From: a virus
Taxonomy: Duplodnaviria; Caudoviricetes
IMG/VR virus record: IMGVR_UViG_3300047545_000612
Span: 1 to 58,231 of that record
DNA length: 58,231 nt
Direction: 5' to 3' (one strand)
The notes under the pieces were generated by a model. It had not been told where the DNA came from and did no database searches. It saw nothing but the letters and a program-made list of their open reading frames with translations. Below, piece after piece: positions 37,196-47,174 of the stretch. A program made the position numbers and the translations under genes. The stretch's first letter is position 1. Each line of letters starts with the position of its first letter.

Positions 37196-37930
37196 TTATT
37201 TTTCAAATGTTGGCTTTAACCAAAGTCCTTTACTGAATACAACCTCTATGAATCTAGGTTCTATCTTGTCTATCTCACTGAATAGTCGTAGGGTCTTTAC
37301 AGTATCTGCTTGCATCATCTTGATAACCTCTTCTCTGATTCTTTCTCCACTTACTACTTCTTCTAACTTATTAATTAGAGTTGGTAGGAAAATAGCTGCC
37401 CATACTTTTGGTGCTATTATAAAATCCTTAGTGATAGAGAACCTAAGTGCTCTTAACATCCTTAGTGGATCATCTAGGAATGTCTTAGCAGGATCTAAAG
37501 GTGTAAGTAGCATCTTATTCTCTAAAGCCCACATACCATCAAACAAGTCAATTAAATTACCATCTTCATCTTCGGCCATAGCATTGACTGTAAAGTCTCT
37601 TCGAACTAAATCATCTTCCAATGTACCTAACTCTAGAATTGGACGTCTTGTTCCCTCTACGTATCCTACTTCCTTTCTTGCCATTACAAAGTCAGCATCC
37701 AATTTAGCGAACTTATGGTCGGCTGGGAACTTGGCTCTGATTGTGAACATCTCAGGTACTGAAAGGAATATGGTAAATCCTTGATCGATCATCCATTGCT
37801 CCATCTCTTGGAATCCTTGTTCAACTGTTTTGTTTAGATCATCTAATACAAATGTGAAGTCGATATCCTTTGTGTTTACTCCTAGGAGTTTATCTCTAAC
37901 ACATCCTCCTACTTTAAATATTTTTGGCAT
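37196..37930 (-). CDS. cca: tRNA nucleotidyltransferase (CCA-adding, class II)
   Basis: VGGCVRD.LLG...DIDF, ARKE loop, DL.RRDFTVNAMA, DDPLRMLRALRF and SGERIREE motifs. Confidence 0.85.
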   Translation of the reverse strand: MPKIFKVGGCVRDKLLGVNTKDIDFTFVLDDLNKTVEQGFQEMEQWMIDQGFTIFLSVPEMFTIRAKFPADHKFAKLDADFVMARKEVGYVEGTRRPILELGTLEDDLVRRDFTVNAMAEDEDGNLIDLFDGMWALENKMLLTPLDPAKTFLDDPLRMLRALRFSITKDFIIAPKVWAAIFLPTLINKLEEVVSGERIREEVIKMMQADTVKTLRLFSEIDKIEPRFIEVVFSKGLWLKPTFEK

Positions 37931-38089
37931 AACCTTTATTTGTTTATTTATTTATTTTCTCCAAAACCATCTACCACCTAAATGTCTTCTATCTTCAGGA
38001 TAGTACTCAACATCGTTAAATGCTACCCACCAAACTTCAAGTCTCCAAATGTAGAATACTCTTTCTGCTACTGTATACATAACTCTTAC

Positions 38090-38278
38090 TTATAAATCAG
38101 CATATAGCTGTATTAGGTTTAAATCGCCTCCTGTTCTGTATTTTCCATACTTATCATCAAATCCTCCTCCATCTACAAAATCCTCGTCTTGTTCGTCTTT
38201 GTAGAATTCATCTACTAAGTCAATTGGAAGTACATACCAATGACATGAATCATCTTGAATTGCTTTTACTTTTTGCAT
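38090..38278 (-). CDS. hypothetical protein
   Basis: QDDSCHWYVLP motif. Confidence 0.65.
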   Translation of the reverse strand: MQKVKAIQDDSCHWYVLPIDLVDEFYKDEQDEDFVDGGGFDDKYGKYRTGGDLNLIQLYADL

Positions 38279-38371
38279 AACCTATTTACTTTTTAAATAC
38301 TCTTACTACTAACTTTGCTACTGATTCTATAATTAACCAAATTAAATCAAATACATTTAATAACATAACTC

Positions 38372-38644
38372 CTACTTTTTATACCAAAGAACCTCTGATG
38401 TTATTTTACTTCTTTTACTCTTAAACGTACCATAATCTTGTTGTATCCAATCTAATAATTTCTTATATAGCTTGTTATACGCTGGTTGTTTTTCGAGACA
38501 TGAAATATCATATCTAAAACTGCTATACTTATCTTCTATTAACGTAACTGGGCCCTCAAAGAAACGGTCTGTTATGTATACTCCGTTTGGATAATGAGTA
38601 ATAGAATATCTTTTTCTAATCTTTTTTAATAACTTTACTTTCAT
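38372..38644 (-). CDS. hypothetical protein
   Basis: MKVKLLKKIRKRY N-terminus. Confidence 0.65.
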   Translation of the reverse strand: MKVKLLKKIRKRYSITHYPNGVYITDRFFEGPVTLIEDKYSSFRYDISCLEKQPAYNKLYKKLLDWIQQDYGTFKSKRSKITSEVLWYKK

Positions 38645-38649
38645 AACTT

Positions 38650-39033
38650 TTAATTTAATGTTTGTCTCAATTTAATTAACACCTTCTTTAGGTGCCTTGT
38701 ATTGTCGTAGTTATTTACAAAACTACCTACAACCTCACTTGCTGTGAATAGTGTCTTAGTGAGATATCCTTCCATGAACCTAGATCTACATGCCTCTAAT
38801 ATCTCAGGACAAGTACTCTCACTTGTAATCAATCCGCAGATGTAGTATCCATCTCTTTTATCTAAAATGATATATGGATGTTGAAATATAGGATGCATGT
38901 GAATGTCTCCTACCTTACTAAACTTAGGCTTTCTATTTGCTGAAGCTCCTGGTAAGCATCCTACCCAGCTTAGTAATTGTTGTTGAGAGTAGTTACCTGA
39001 TTTGATCTTCTCCAGTAATGTGTGCTTATCCAT
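38650..39033 (-). CDS. hypothetical protein
   Basis: 127 aa behind promoter. Confidence 0.65.
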   Translation of the reverse strand: MDKHTLLEKIKSGNYSQQQLLSWVGCLPGASANRKPKFSKVGDIHMHPIFQHPYIILDKRDGYYICGLITSESTCPEILEACRSRFMEGYLTKTLFTASEVVGSFVNNYDNTRHLKKVLIKLRQTLN

Positions 39034-39116
39034 AACCTTTATTTTAATTTCTATACCTAAAGGTACGAAAAAAGGCCTGCCGAAGCAAGCCTTTTCTTAA
39101 TTATTTTTAGAATATT

Positions 39117-39968
39117 TTATCGTCTGTTCAACATGATACCTGTACCAGCACCAAAGACGTTATTATTTCCGTAAGGCGATACTCCTCTTTCAGCCCATTT
39201 TCTTTCTGTCTCAGCTCTATATAACTCTAACATCTTAGGTTGAGATAAGATTGCTTTTGTTTTAGCATCATACAAAGCAGCTTCGTAGTTACCTTTTGCT
39301 AATGCAATTTTCTTCAATGCTGTTTGCTCTGCTTGCAATGTCTGAGATTTGATTGTAGCTGTCTCTTGAATTACTCTGATCTTAGTTTCAATTGCTTTCT
39401 TATATGAAGTTGGAATTGACATCTTTAAGATTGCAATGTTGTTTAAGATGAATCCTTCCTTAGCCAATGACTTAGCTAATGTACTTGTTACATCTCTTTC
39501 ATATACGTTTCTGTGTTGTAATAAACTATCAGAAGCAAATCCTACTGCATTGTCTAACAATTCTTTTCTAACAATATTTCGAACTCTTGTATTAATCAAC
39601 TCATCCATATCTACTCTATACTTTGTAAATAAAGTTGGTGCTGCTGATCTTTCTAATTGTAAGTTAATTGCTACGTCTAATCCAAATGTAGCTCCATCTG
39701 CTGATGTTACATCAATATGCTCATCTGTTGGAGAGTCTTCATCTACTGATGCAGTCCATACTTTATGCTGTACCGATGTTGGATACATATACACGTCTTG
39801 TGTTGGTGGGAAGTAGAAGATGAACCCTGATGCCATCTCAATATTTGGAATACCTTTATCATTTCCAATTTGATCTACTACTAATGCCACTTCACTTGAA
39901 TCAGCTGTTGTACATGATGTAACAGACATTGCTAATACCACTCCTAATAACCATAATGTTCTTTTCAT
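39117..39968 (-). CDS. SPFH/band 7 lipoprotein
   Basis: Lipobox TSC; VTSADG...DVAIN..., coiled-coil stalk. Confidence 0.8.
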   Translation of the reverse strand: MKRTLWLLGVVLAMSVTSCTTADSSEVALVVDQIGNDKGIPNIEMASGFIFYFPPTQDVYMYPTSVQHKVWTASVDEDSPTDEHIDVTSADGATFGLDVAINLQLERSAAPTLFTKYRVDMDELINTRVRNIVRKELLDNAVGFASDSLLQHRNVYERDVTSTLAKSLAKEGFILNNIAILKMSIPTSYKKAIETKIRVIQETATIKSQTLQAEQTALKKIALAKGNYEAALYDAKTKAILSQPKMLELYRAETERKWAERGVSPYGNNNVFGAGTGIMLNRR

Positions 39969-39994
39969 AACTTGTTTTTGTTTTTAAATTGTTT

Positions 39995-40249
39995 TTATTT
40001 TTCTATTGCTTGTTCTTTTAACATTTTTTCTAATTCTTTAGATGTGTACTTCTTAATAGTATCTAATGAACCGCCAGGTTCAACAAAAGGTCCTTTACCT
40101 TCTTTATCCCCTACACTCCATACAGTCCTTTGCTTTGCTAAAATACCGTTTGTATCATAAGTTAAAAATTCATTTCGGTAATACTGAATTTTATCAACTA
40201 CTACTGTGTGATGTATTTTGACTTCCCTAGCTGTTTCTTTAATTTGCAT
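39995..40249 (-). CDS. hypothetical protein
   Basis: 84 aa ORF. Confidence 0.6.
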   Translation of the reverse strand: MQIKETAREVKIHHTVVVDKIQYYRNEFLTYDTNGILAKQRTVWSVGDKEGKGPFVEPGGSLDTIKKYTSKELEKMLKEQAIEK

Positions 40250-40263
40250 AGCCTATTTACTTA

Positions 40264-40521
40264 TTAATACTTTTCTAATACTACAACTCCCTTAGACGTA
40301 CTCTCGTCATCCATCATTGCTACTGACTTAACAATGAAACCTTGTTTTACTTTTTCTCGAGTAAACTCCTCTATGTCATTTTCAAGACCATACATTGTTC
40401 TAAATGACTTTACAATAGTAACTTTTGGTGTTGCTGGCTTAACAGTCATGATGTTAACTGTTGCTGCTGATGTTAGTGCGATCATTGATACTCCTAACAT
40501 GAAATAAAATACTTGCTTCAT
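40264..40521 (-). CDS. secreted hypothetical protein
   Basis: Signal peptide-like N-terminus. Confidence 0.6.
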   Translation of the reverse strand: MKQVFYFMLGVSMIALTSAATVNIMTVKPATPKVTIVKSFRTMYGLENDIEEFTREKVKQGFIVKSVAMMDDESTSKGVVVLEKY

Positions 40522-40583
40522 AACTTATTTGTTTTTTAATTATACCTAAATATAAGAACTATATTCTTTCTAGACAACTTTTT

Positions 40584-40766
40584 TTAAATTCTATTTTTTA
40601 AATCAAGATTAACATTTGTTGACTGTTTGTAAACCTTAAACACTCCATCAACTGAATAATCTTCAGATTCATGCCTCCAAAGTACATTTTCACCTGTTTC
40701 TTCGTCTCTAATTAGTTCACAATTGTCCATTAACCAATGTACAAAATCTTCTATATCTTTTCCCAT
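40584..40766 (-). CDS. hypothetical protein
   Basis: 60 aa behind promoter. Confidence 0.6.
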   Translation of the reverse strand: MGKDIEDFVHWLMDNCELIRDEETGENVLWRHESEDYSVDGVFKVYKQSTNVNLDLKNRI

Positions 40767-40809
40767 AATACTATTTGTTTTTTAATTATACCTAAATATA
40801 TGAACTTAT

Positions 40810-41184
40810 TTATTCTAATCCTAATTTTTTACGTTTATTTGTATCGTACTGACTACCTTTGAATAACTCAGCAAATTTTGCATCAATTACTTTTCTTGAC
40901 TTATACCATCTTGGCACTGCGCCAACTCCATCTATTGTGTAAGGATAGTATATAAACCATTTAATATTTCTAGTAATTGTTGGTGCTTCGCTAAATTTAC
41001 TTTGAATAATTAAATTTCCATCCCAATTATTGTGTATACGGTCATAAAGATTTCCTTTCTTTTCAAACAACTCTAAGATATCTTTATCTTTAGCTGGTGA
41101 TCCGTCCTCTATGCGGATAAAGGCAATACTCGCTAATTGTGCTACTAGAAATAATATCAATACTACTGTTAAAATTATACCCAT
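40810..41184 (-). CDS. membrane-anchored hypothetical protein
   Basis: N-terminal TM helix. Confidence 0.6.
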   Translation of the reverse strand: MGIILTVVLILFLVAQLASIAFIRIEDGSPAKDKDILELFEKKGNLYDRIHNNWDGNLIIQSKFSEAPTITRNIKWFIYYPYTIDGVGAVPRWYKSRKVIDAKFAELFKGSQYDTNKRKKLGLE

Positions 41185-41675
41185 TATTCGTAATTTTCGT
41201 TAAATACTTTGTTTAAATTATCTCGTTTATTCTTTAACTCTTTTTTACGAGCATCTATTTCTAACCTCTCAGCATTTTCAATAAACCATTGTGCTTCGTA
41301 GTACTCTTTCAAACTTACATCAATATCTGTATACTTTACATCATTCAAGTAAATCTTACCAGTAGATGTATATTTGTATTGAAGAAGATTAACAGGGTAT
41401 GGTATAAGGTGCATTAAAAGTAACAGTCCTACATTAGCATCATCATATCCTAATTCCCATTTACGAATGCACCATCCATTCCATTCATCATCTAATAATT
41501 CATAGATTGGATCAACTTTTGTTAAGAAACGTTTTCTCTTAGGTAGTTTTATATTTAATGCTATTTTATCTCTAATCTCTAAAGAGTAGAGACTTATATG
41601 CAATAGAAATGCAAATATAATGTAAAGTGCTAAAAATACTAATCCGTCTAGAATAAAATTAAATACTTGTTCCAT
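41184..41675 (-). CDS. membrane hypothetical protein
   Basis: TM segments. Confidence 0.6.
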   Translation of the reverse strand: MEQVFNFILDGLVFLALYIIFAFLLHISLYSLEIRDKIALNIKLPKRKRFLTKVDPIYELLDDEWNGWCIRKWELGYDDANVGLLLLMHLIPYPVNLLQYKYTSTGKIYLNDVKYTDIDVSLKEYYEAQWFIENAERLEIDARKKELKNKRDNLNKVFNENYE

Positions 41676-41950
41676 TACTCTTGATCTTTATTTTCTAAAT
41701 AATCTATATACTCTTTAGCGATTAAAATTAACTTAACTAAAGCATATATCATAGACCCTAAAACAGTTAACAATAATACTACTCCTAAATTAAATTCAAC
41801 TAAGTTAGACGCACTCATCATTCCTAGTGGCAAAGTAATTAGTTGAAGCATACCAAATAACCAGAGTCCGAAGCCTATAGCTTTCCATCCTAACTTTTTC
41901 ATCTTATTTACTACTTGAATTATTTTTAAACAAAATTCCAAACAATACAT
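41675..41950 (-). CDS. membrane protein
   Basis: Two TM helices; real start probably MKKLGW (~41902). Confidence 0.55.
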   Translation of the reverse strand: MYCLEFCLKIIQVVNKMKKLGWKAIGFGLWLFGMLQLITLPLGMMSASNLVEFNLGVVLLLTVLGSMIYALVKLILIAKEYIDYLENKDQE

Positions 41951-42104
41951 TTAAACCTAATGCTTGCCAAAACCCAATTGGATGTGTTCCGTCTACTGCT
42001 GGTACTAAATCATTGTTCCACAAATACTGTACAGGCCAAGCCATTAATACTGCTACTAGTAGTAGTACTCCTATTGCTGTTACAAAAATTCCTAATTTTT
42101 CCAT
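41904..42104 (-). CDS. small membrane protein
   Basis: LWN...IGFWQALGL motif common in phage membrane proteins. Confidence 0.7.
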   Translation of the reverse strand: MEKLGIFVTAIGVLLLVAVLMAWPVQYLWNNDLVPAVDGTHPIGFWQALGLNVLFGILFKNNSSSK

Positions 42105-42106
42105 TT

Positions 42107-42346
42107 TTATACTACTTTTACTAATTTAATATATTGAACGTCTCTTTTACCTAATAACTTACCTATTGTTAAACCTAACCAATTATTTTTAACTAATACA
42201 ACAGCATATCTTGTTTTAATAGTTTCTCCTTGCTCTTCGGTTAAGAATTCTTCCCTAACTAAGGCATCAACTATAGCTTCTTTAGCGTTGTTATAATTTT
42301 GTAAATCATCTGTTAATCCTAAATCCTCTGCTGAATAACTTGCCAT
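42107..42346 (-). CDS. hypothetical protein
   Basis: 79 aa ORF. Confidence 0.65.
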   Translation of the reverse strand: MASYSAEDLGLTDDLQNYNNAKEAIVDALVREEFLTEEQGETIKTRYAVVLVKNNWLGLTIGKLLGKRDVQYIKLVKVV

Positions 42347-42350
42347 ACTA

Positions 42351-42593
42351 TTATTTGTAAAATGTTTTTAAATAGATTGCTTGTTGTCTAATACCAAATT
42401 CTCTTGTAAGAACATTGGATGGCATTTTATCAGCCATGAAATGATTTAAACCTATAATCATTTTGGCAGCATCAAACTTTCTTTCTCGACCTTGAATCAT
42501 TCCTTCAGTATCTGCTAATTTGTTAATTATAAAAGCTAAATGCTGTGGAGTTTCACATTTATTAACCTCTTGCCATGTTTCTAATTCAGTCAT
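42351..42593 (-). CDS. hypothetical protein
   Basis: LTREFGIRQQAIYL motif. Confidence 0.65.
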   Translation of the reverse strand: MTELETWQEVNKCETPQHLAFIINKLADTEGMIQGRERKFDAAKMIIGLNHFMADKMPSNVLTREFGIRQQAIYLKTFYK

Positions 42594-42596
42594 AAC

Positions 42597-43034
42597 TTAT
42601 TTTTTTGAAATTAATTGAGCAATTGCTTTTGCTTTCTCTAACTTACTCATATCTGATTGTTCAATGATAGTTAAAGTCTGGTATGCTTTGAATTCATTCT
42701 CAATAAACTCATCTGATTTGATCTCATCTAAGAACTCAAGTTTCATTCTAGTCTCTTGGATAAATGCTTTAGTTGCTTGGATCTTATCCTCTGCCTTTTC
42801 GATTTGTTCTAAGAACTTCTCTCTGTTTGTCTTAGCAACTCCTTTATCCAAACTACCTGAGTCAATGTGCACTCTTCCGTGGCTTGGTGTTTTAACTATG
42901 TAGGTCTTGTCGTAACCTTTTCCTTCAACGATCACCTCAGTACCTGGAACTAGTCCGTAGTTCTTTCTATCGTACATACTTACTTTGTTGTTGACGATTG
43001 CAATGTCTCCGTCTTGAAATTTTCTTACTGCCAT
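42597..43034 (-). CDS. hypothetical protein (SH3-like + coiled coil)
   Basis: 145 aa behind promoter. Confidence 0.65.
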   Translation of the reverse strand: MAVRKFQDGDIAIVNNKVSMYDRKNYGLVPGTEVIVEGKGYDKTYIVKTPSHGRVHIDSGSLDKGVAKTNREKFLEQIEKAEDKIQATKAFIQETRMKLEFLDEIKSDEFIENEFKAYQTLTIIEQSDMSKLEKAKAIAQLISKK

Positions 43035-43271
43035 AACTTATTTGTTTTTTAATTATACCTAAATATAGGAATTATATTCCTTCTAGGCAACTATTTTATT
43101 AATTATTTTAATAATCTAGTCTTTCATCTATTTGCTCTATACAATCCTCTATACTACTTCCAAACCCCATAGGTGTATCACAATCATCAGTACAGTAGAA
43201 CTTTAGCTTGGTATAGGGATGAGCCACGTAGTAGTTCTCGTTCTCTTCTATTATATAATTCTTATACTGCA

Positions 43272-43469
43272 TTATAGTTCTCCTTCTTTTGTTCCTGTAA
43301 GAGAATCTATCTCTACATACTTAGCATTTACTTGTTCGGCTAATACTTCTCTTAATTTAAGGATATTACCTGAACCTACTTCTGCTACTGCTCTTGCTGG
43401 ATCTTTAAATAACTTAGGGTGTGTCTTTCCGTTTTTCAATATTACTTGAAAATAATTCTTGCTTTTCAT
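43272..43469 (-). CDS. hypothetical protein
   Basis: 65 aa ORF. Confidence 0.6.
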   Translation of the reverse strand: MKSKNYFQVILKNGKTHPKLFKDPARAVAEVGSGNILKLREVLAEQVNAKYVEIDSLTGTKEGEL

Positions 43470-43470
43470 T

Positions 43471-43707
43471 TTAACTTATGTATATAATTTGACCATGCTC
43501 ATTCTCTATCTTCTGTACTTCGAACTTTTTATCTAGTCGTTCTAATATTTCAGCTGCACTGAACTGAAAGTACATATTGAATGCTTGAATGAATGTTTGA
43601 GGAGGTATAGGGCTACCCTGTACATTCTCTACATAGTAACCGTAGAACCAATTAAGGTCCCACTGGTTACTTTTTCTCATCTGGATGTATTGATTTCTAT
43701 CTGCCAT
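43471..43707 (-). CDS. hypothetical protein
   Basis: 78 aa ORF. Confidence 0.6.
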   Translation of the reverse strand: MADRNQYIQMRKSNQWDLNWFYGYYVENVQGSPIPPQTFIQAFNMYFQFSAAEILERLDKKFEVQKIENEHGQIIYIS

Positions 43708-43708
43708 C

Positions 43709-44530
43709 CTAGTTAACTAATTCTGTAGCTAACTTAAATAGCTCTTGATTTACTCTCAAGTCTTTCTCGAAGGATTTAATCTTTCTAACCTTTCTTACTT
43801 TAGCACCTTTCAATGCTGCAGAATAACCTCCTTGAGTTACTTTTTCCTGCAGTATATTAAATACAGTCCATAAATCATCTCCTTCATCTTCTTTTCTAGT
43901 AGGAGCTAGAATGTCTACGATAGACTGATCATCAAACTCTGTGTCTAACTTCTCAGATCTAATCTGCATTGCTTTGATTGCTAAATCTCTCATCTCTTTC
44001 GGAGTTAAGATCTTAGCTTGCATTTTGTTTAATACTTGTATTTTATTTGGAAGATCCTCTACCATTTGATTCATAACTACTCTTAACTCTTCAAAAGAAT
44101 ATCCTGTGTGTCTGATTTTAAAAGAAGAGAAGTTCTCATCTGCTACAACCAATCCATTTGAACATACTAATCTAAAGATACCTACTCTGAATTGGAATGA
44201 ATTAAATCCATCGTGAGAGTTTGTTAGAATGATTCTTGGATAAGCATCATCTCCATTCTTACCTTTGATCTTAAGATCTGGATTCTGAAAAGAGATCATA
44301 TGTTTTGAGAAGATAGTCTCTTTTGCTCTTGGTCTTCTTTGAGCTGCTTGTACTGGAAGCCATCCTAGCTTCTCTAGATCATCAATAACAGTCTCTGTAT
44401 TTACTAATGAATACTTAGAGCTGATTTTGTCACTTGTAGGTGTAGTTTTAAACGCTACTGGACATACTGCTTGAATTTGTTCTTTTGTAAGGTAAGAATC
44501 TGCTAAACCTGTTTGAAATCTCATTAACAT
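43709..44530 (-). CDS. DUF932 family protein
   Basis: IILTNSHDG..SF.FRVGIFRLVCSNGL...IRH...DLWTVFN..QE. Confidence 0.85.
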   Translation of the reverse strand: MLMRFQTGLADSYLTKEQIQAVCPVAFKTTPTSDKISSKYSLVNTETVIDDLEKLGWLPVQAAQRRPRAKETIFSKHMISFQNPDLKIKGKNGDDAYPRIILTNSHDGFNSFQFRVGIFRLVCSNGLVVADENFSSFKIRHTGYSFEELRVVMNQMVEDLPNKIQVLNKMQAKILTPKEMRDLAIKAMQIRSEKLDTEFDDQSIVDILAPTRKEDEGDDLWTVFNILQEKVTQGGYSAALKGAKVRKVRKIKSFEKDLRVNQELFKLATELVN

Positions 44531-44610
44531 AACTTATTGTTTTAATTATTAATATACCTAAAGATATGAACAATATACTTAGTAGGCAACTAATTCACAA
44601 TTTTTTTTAA

Positions 44611-44868
44611 TTATTTTACCAGACCTAATGCTTTAGCTCTGTAATAACTTACCTCTTTACCTGTCTTAGGATTTAAGAACATTTGTTTTGTTTTCGGAAG
44701 ATTACTCTTATATTTTTCCTGTTTATTGAATTCATCTAAGTATTCTTTAGGATATTCTAACTCCGACTTTTCTATGCCAGATACAATACTAGGCCCTCTA
44801 TAGGTGTATGTGATCTTAATTCCAGTTGACTCACATACATAACTTGTAACCAATTTATCTTTTACCAT
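44611..44868 (-). CDS. hypothetical protein
   Basis: 85 aa ORF. Confidence 0.6.
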   Translation of the reverse strand: MVKDKLVTSYVCESTGIKITYTYRGPSIVSGIEKSELEYPKEYLDEFNKQEKYKSNLPKTKQMFLNPKTGKEVSYYRAKALGLVK

Positions 44869-45158
44869 GCCTTTACATCTTTAATTAATAAGTAAGTATC
44901 CAATGCATCATCTCCCATCTCCCATTCTTCATAATGCTTAAGGCAAGTCTCTAATGCTGTTACCCATTGGTTCTTTGGAAGAGATATCTCAAATACTGAA
45001 TCACTATCCTCCCAAGTAACTTCAAATAGATCAGCAGTCCTTTTTTGAAACTGCATAGACTCTCTAATAGCATCTACGATTATTCCTGTTAGTTCAGGAC
45101 TCTTTCCTGAGAAGTATTTTCTAAACTCTTCTGGAGAGTCGAAGTGTATTTTTTTCAT
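44862..45158 (-). CDS. hypothetical protein
   Basis: 98 aa ORF. Confidence 0.65.
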   Translation of the reverse strand: MKKIHFDSPEEFRKYFSGKSPELTGIIVDAIRESMQFQKRTADLFEVTWEDSDSVFEISLPKNQWVTALETCLKHYEEWEMGDDALDTYLLIKDVKAW

Positions 45159-45484
45159 ATACGATTACTATTTGTTACTGACTTTTGTACTACTGGCATA
45201 TTAGCATTAGTCGTAATAGTCTCTGTATCCATTCTAATTACCTCTGTATTAGTCTGTAAGATATAAACTGGTCCGTTATACTCATAGGTACGGAATTTTA
45301 CATCGGAGAAACTCTCTCCTAAGCCTGGCTGTTTAACTGGCTCAGTTATTCTTCTCTTTCCGTCAAATGATCTGAATTCATTTGAAGTAACTCTGTACCA
45401 GTTACCTTTAATACATACTTCTAATACTCCTGATGTATTAAAATCATGTAACTTCTTTACTGTTGCTCCTGTCTTTTCTGCCAT
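45155..45484 (-). CDS. hypothetical protein
   Basis: WYRVT..EFRSFDG.RRI...YNGPVY motif. Confidence 0.65.
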   Translation of the reverse strand: MAEKTGATVKKLHDFNTSGVLEVCIKGNWYRVTSNEFRSFDGKRRITEPVKQPGLGESFSDVKFRTYEYNGPVYILQTNTEVIRMDTETITTNANMPVVQKSVTNSNRI

Positions 45485-45550
45485 AACTCTTATTTCTTTA
45501 TTTACCTAAAGATAAGAAGAAGCCTCCGAGGAGGCAACTTCTTTCAATAT

Positions 45551-45913
45551 TTAATTAGCTTTTTTACTAGGAGAATACGCTGCCCAGTGCTCAACTACTC
45601 CCTTGATATACTTACTCCCTATGCTTCTTGACGCAAAGAATCCTACCTTACGTTCTGGTCCCCAGGCGTTAAAGAAGTCGAACTTCTGTGTTCCGTCTTC
45701 AAAAGTAAACATTACGCCGATAATTGTTTGAGGATTAACTACCTTAATTACCTCTGTGTTATACAGTATAGGTGTTGCAGCATAGTCTTCTACGGTTTTA
45801 GTTTCAACTTTCACGATGTTCTTTTTCTTACTTCTCTTAGCTATCCGCTTATCTAAAATATTTTGATAGTTTTTCTCTATATTCTGATCAAATTGTACTT
45901 CAAATGTATTCAT
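45551..45913 (-). CDS. hypothetical protein
   Basis: 120 aa behind promoter. Confidence 0.65.
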   Translation of the reverse strand: MNTFEVQFDQNIEKNYQNILDKRIAKRSKKKNIVKVETKTVEDYAATPILYNTEVIKVVNPQTIIGVMFTFEDGTQKFDFFNAWGPERKVGFFASRSIGSKYIKGVVEHWAAYSPSKKAN

Positions 45914-46087
45914 AATATCTTACAGGTATTTAATTAATAATACCTAAAGATAAGTACAAAGATTCTATCTAGCAACTATTTTCTAAATAATTTAAAAAGA
46001 TCTGTACTGATAGGCTTTTCTTTTAGCTTCTCATTCTTCTCATGTTGTTTGACAAGTTGATTGGCTACTATCTGTTGACGTGTAGGC

Positions 46088-46750
46088 TTACTCTTCTTCT
46101 TTGCCATTGCCTGTATAGTTCTCTGAGATGTAATTTCTTCCATCTGTAGGATCGGCTTCCTCTTTCCAAAGGCCGATTGATATTAAATGCTCTTTCATTG
46201 AATCATCTATCTCCCAATCTGGCTCTTTTGCTGATCTTTCTACATAATCCTCCATAGCAATCACTTGCTTGTCTGTAATAGGAGATACTGAATATAGGAA
46301 TGAACAGTTATAACAAAGTAACTCTATATTATCCAATTCATAGTTAGTCTTGTTCCTATCCTTAAATTGAAGTACTAGGGGCACCTTTTGATCAGATACT
46401 CTCTCTTCATGGAAGCCACATCGATTACATTCCTCTTTAAGGTATCCTTCAAAGATTAATCTCTGTTTGATTTTGGCTGGTTCAAAGGAAGTAATAGCCA
46501 ATCGTCCTTCTATAAGATCTTTAAGAGGTGCTTTCTTTCCTTTGTTACTAATGTACTTAGGAATACCTATACCGGCCATATTCTTATGAGCCTCCCATAG
46601 GGTTACTCCTTCCTCATTAACATAAGTCCTGGCGTACTTCTTATAGTGAACAAAGCTACAACGGAGAAACCGAGCTGCTGCTCGATTACTCTTAGTGTTG
46701 TCCATTGCTCTTAAGCAATCATCTTTTGATAGGAATTTAGCTTTAGGCAT
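46088..46750 (-). CDS. HNH-like Zn-finger nuclease/DNA-binding protein
   Basis: HTH-like N-term; CNRCG...PLVL.FKD.N..N...NIELLCYNC. Catalytic His residues appear replaced. Confidence 0.7.
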   Translation of the reverse strand: MPKAKFLSKDDCLRAMDNTKSNRAAARFLRCSFVHYKKYARTYVNEEGVTLWEAHKNMAGIGIPKYISNKGKKAPLKDLIEGRLAITSFEPAKIKQRLIFEGYLKEECNRCGFHEERVSDQKVPLVLQFKDRNKTNYELDNIELLCYNCSFLYSVSPITDKQVIAMEDYVERSAKEPDWEIDDSMKEHLISIGLWKEEADPTDGRNYISENYTGNGKEEE

Positions 46751-47161
46751 CTATTCGTCGTCTTCGTCTTCTAATTCGTCTTCTGGAAGTTCTTCTTCAT
46801 CGTCCTCTAGCTCAATGATCTCTTCTTCAAGCTCATCATCTAGGATCTTATCTGTAGCAGCTTCGATTGCTTTACTATCGTCAAGGATTTCATCCTCATC
46901 GTAGTTTAAGATCTCCAGTGGATTGTTTTTAACTCCTCTTGATACATTCTCTAGTTCTTGAAGTCTTCTAGCTGTATCTTGATCCAATACATCCATCTCT
47001 GTGGCTGTATAGTCTCCTTCCCCTACTACTCTAATACGTCCTACCTTTGGTTTAACATCTGAGCATGATATGCAGAAGTTGTAGCCATAGCTATCTAATC
47101 GTAATTTTGGCATATCATTGCCACATCTTGTACAAGGAATCATTTCTAAATTCTGAGTCAT
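46751..47161 (-). CDS. TraR/DksA-type C4 zinc-finger protein with acidic tail
   Basis: CTRCG..MP..RL...Y.FCISC followed by a D/E-rich C-terminus. Confidence 0.6.
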   Translation of the reverse strand: MTQNLEMIPCTRCGNDMPKLRLDSYGYNFCISCSDVKPKVGRIRVVGEGDYTATEMDVLDQDTARRLQELENVSRGVKNNPLEILNYDEDEILDDSKAIEAATDKILDDELEEEIIELEDDEEELPEDELEDEDDE

Positions 47162-47174
47162 ATAACCGTTTTTA

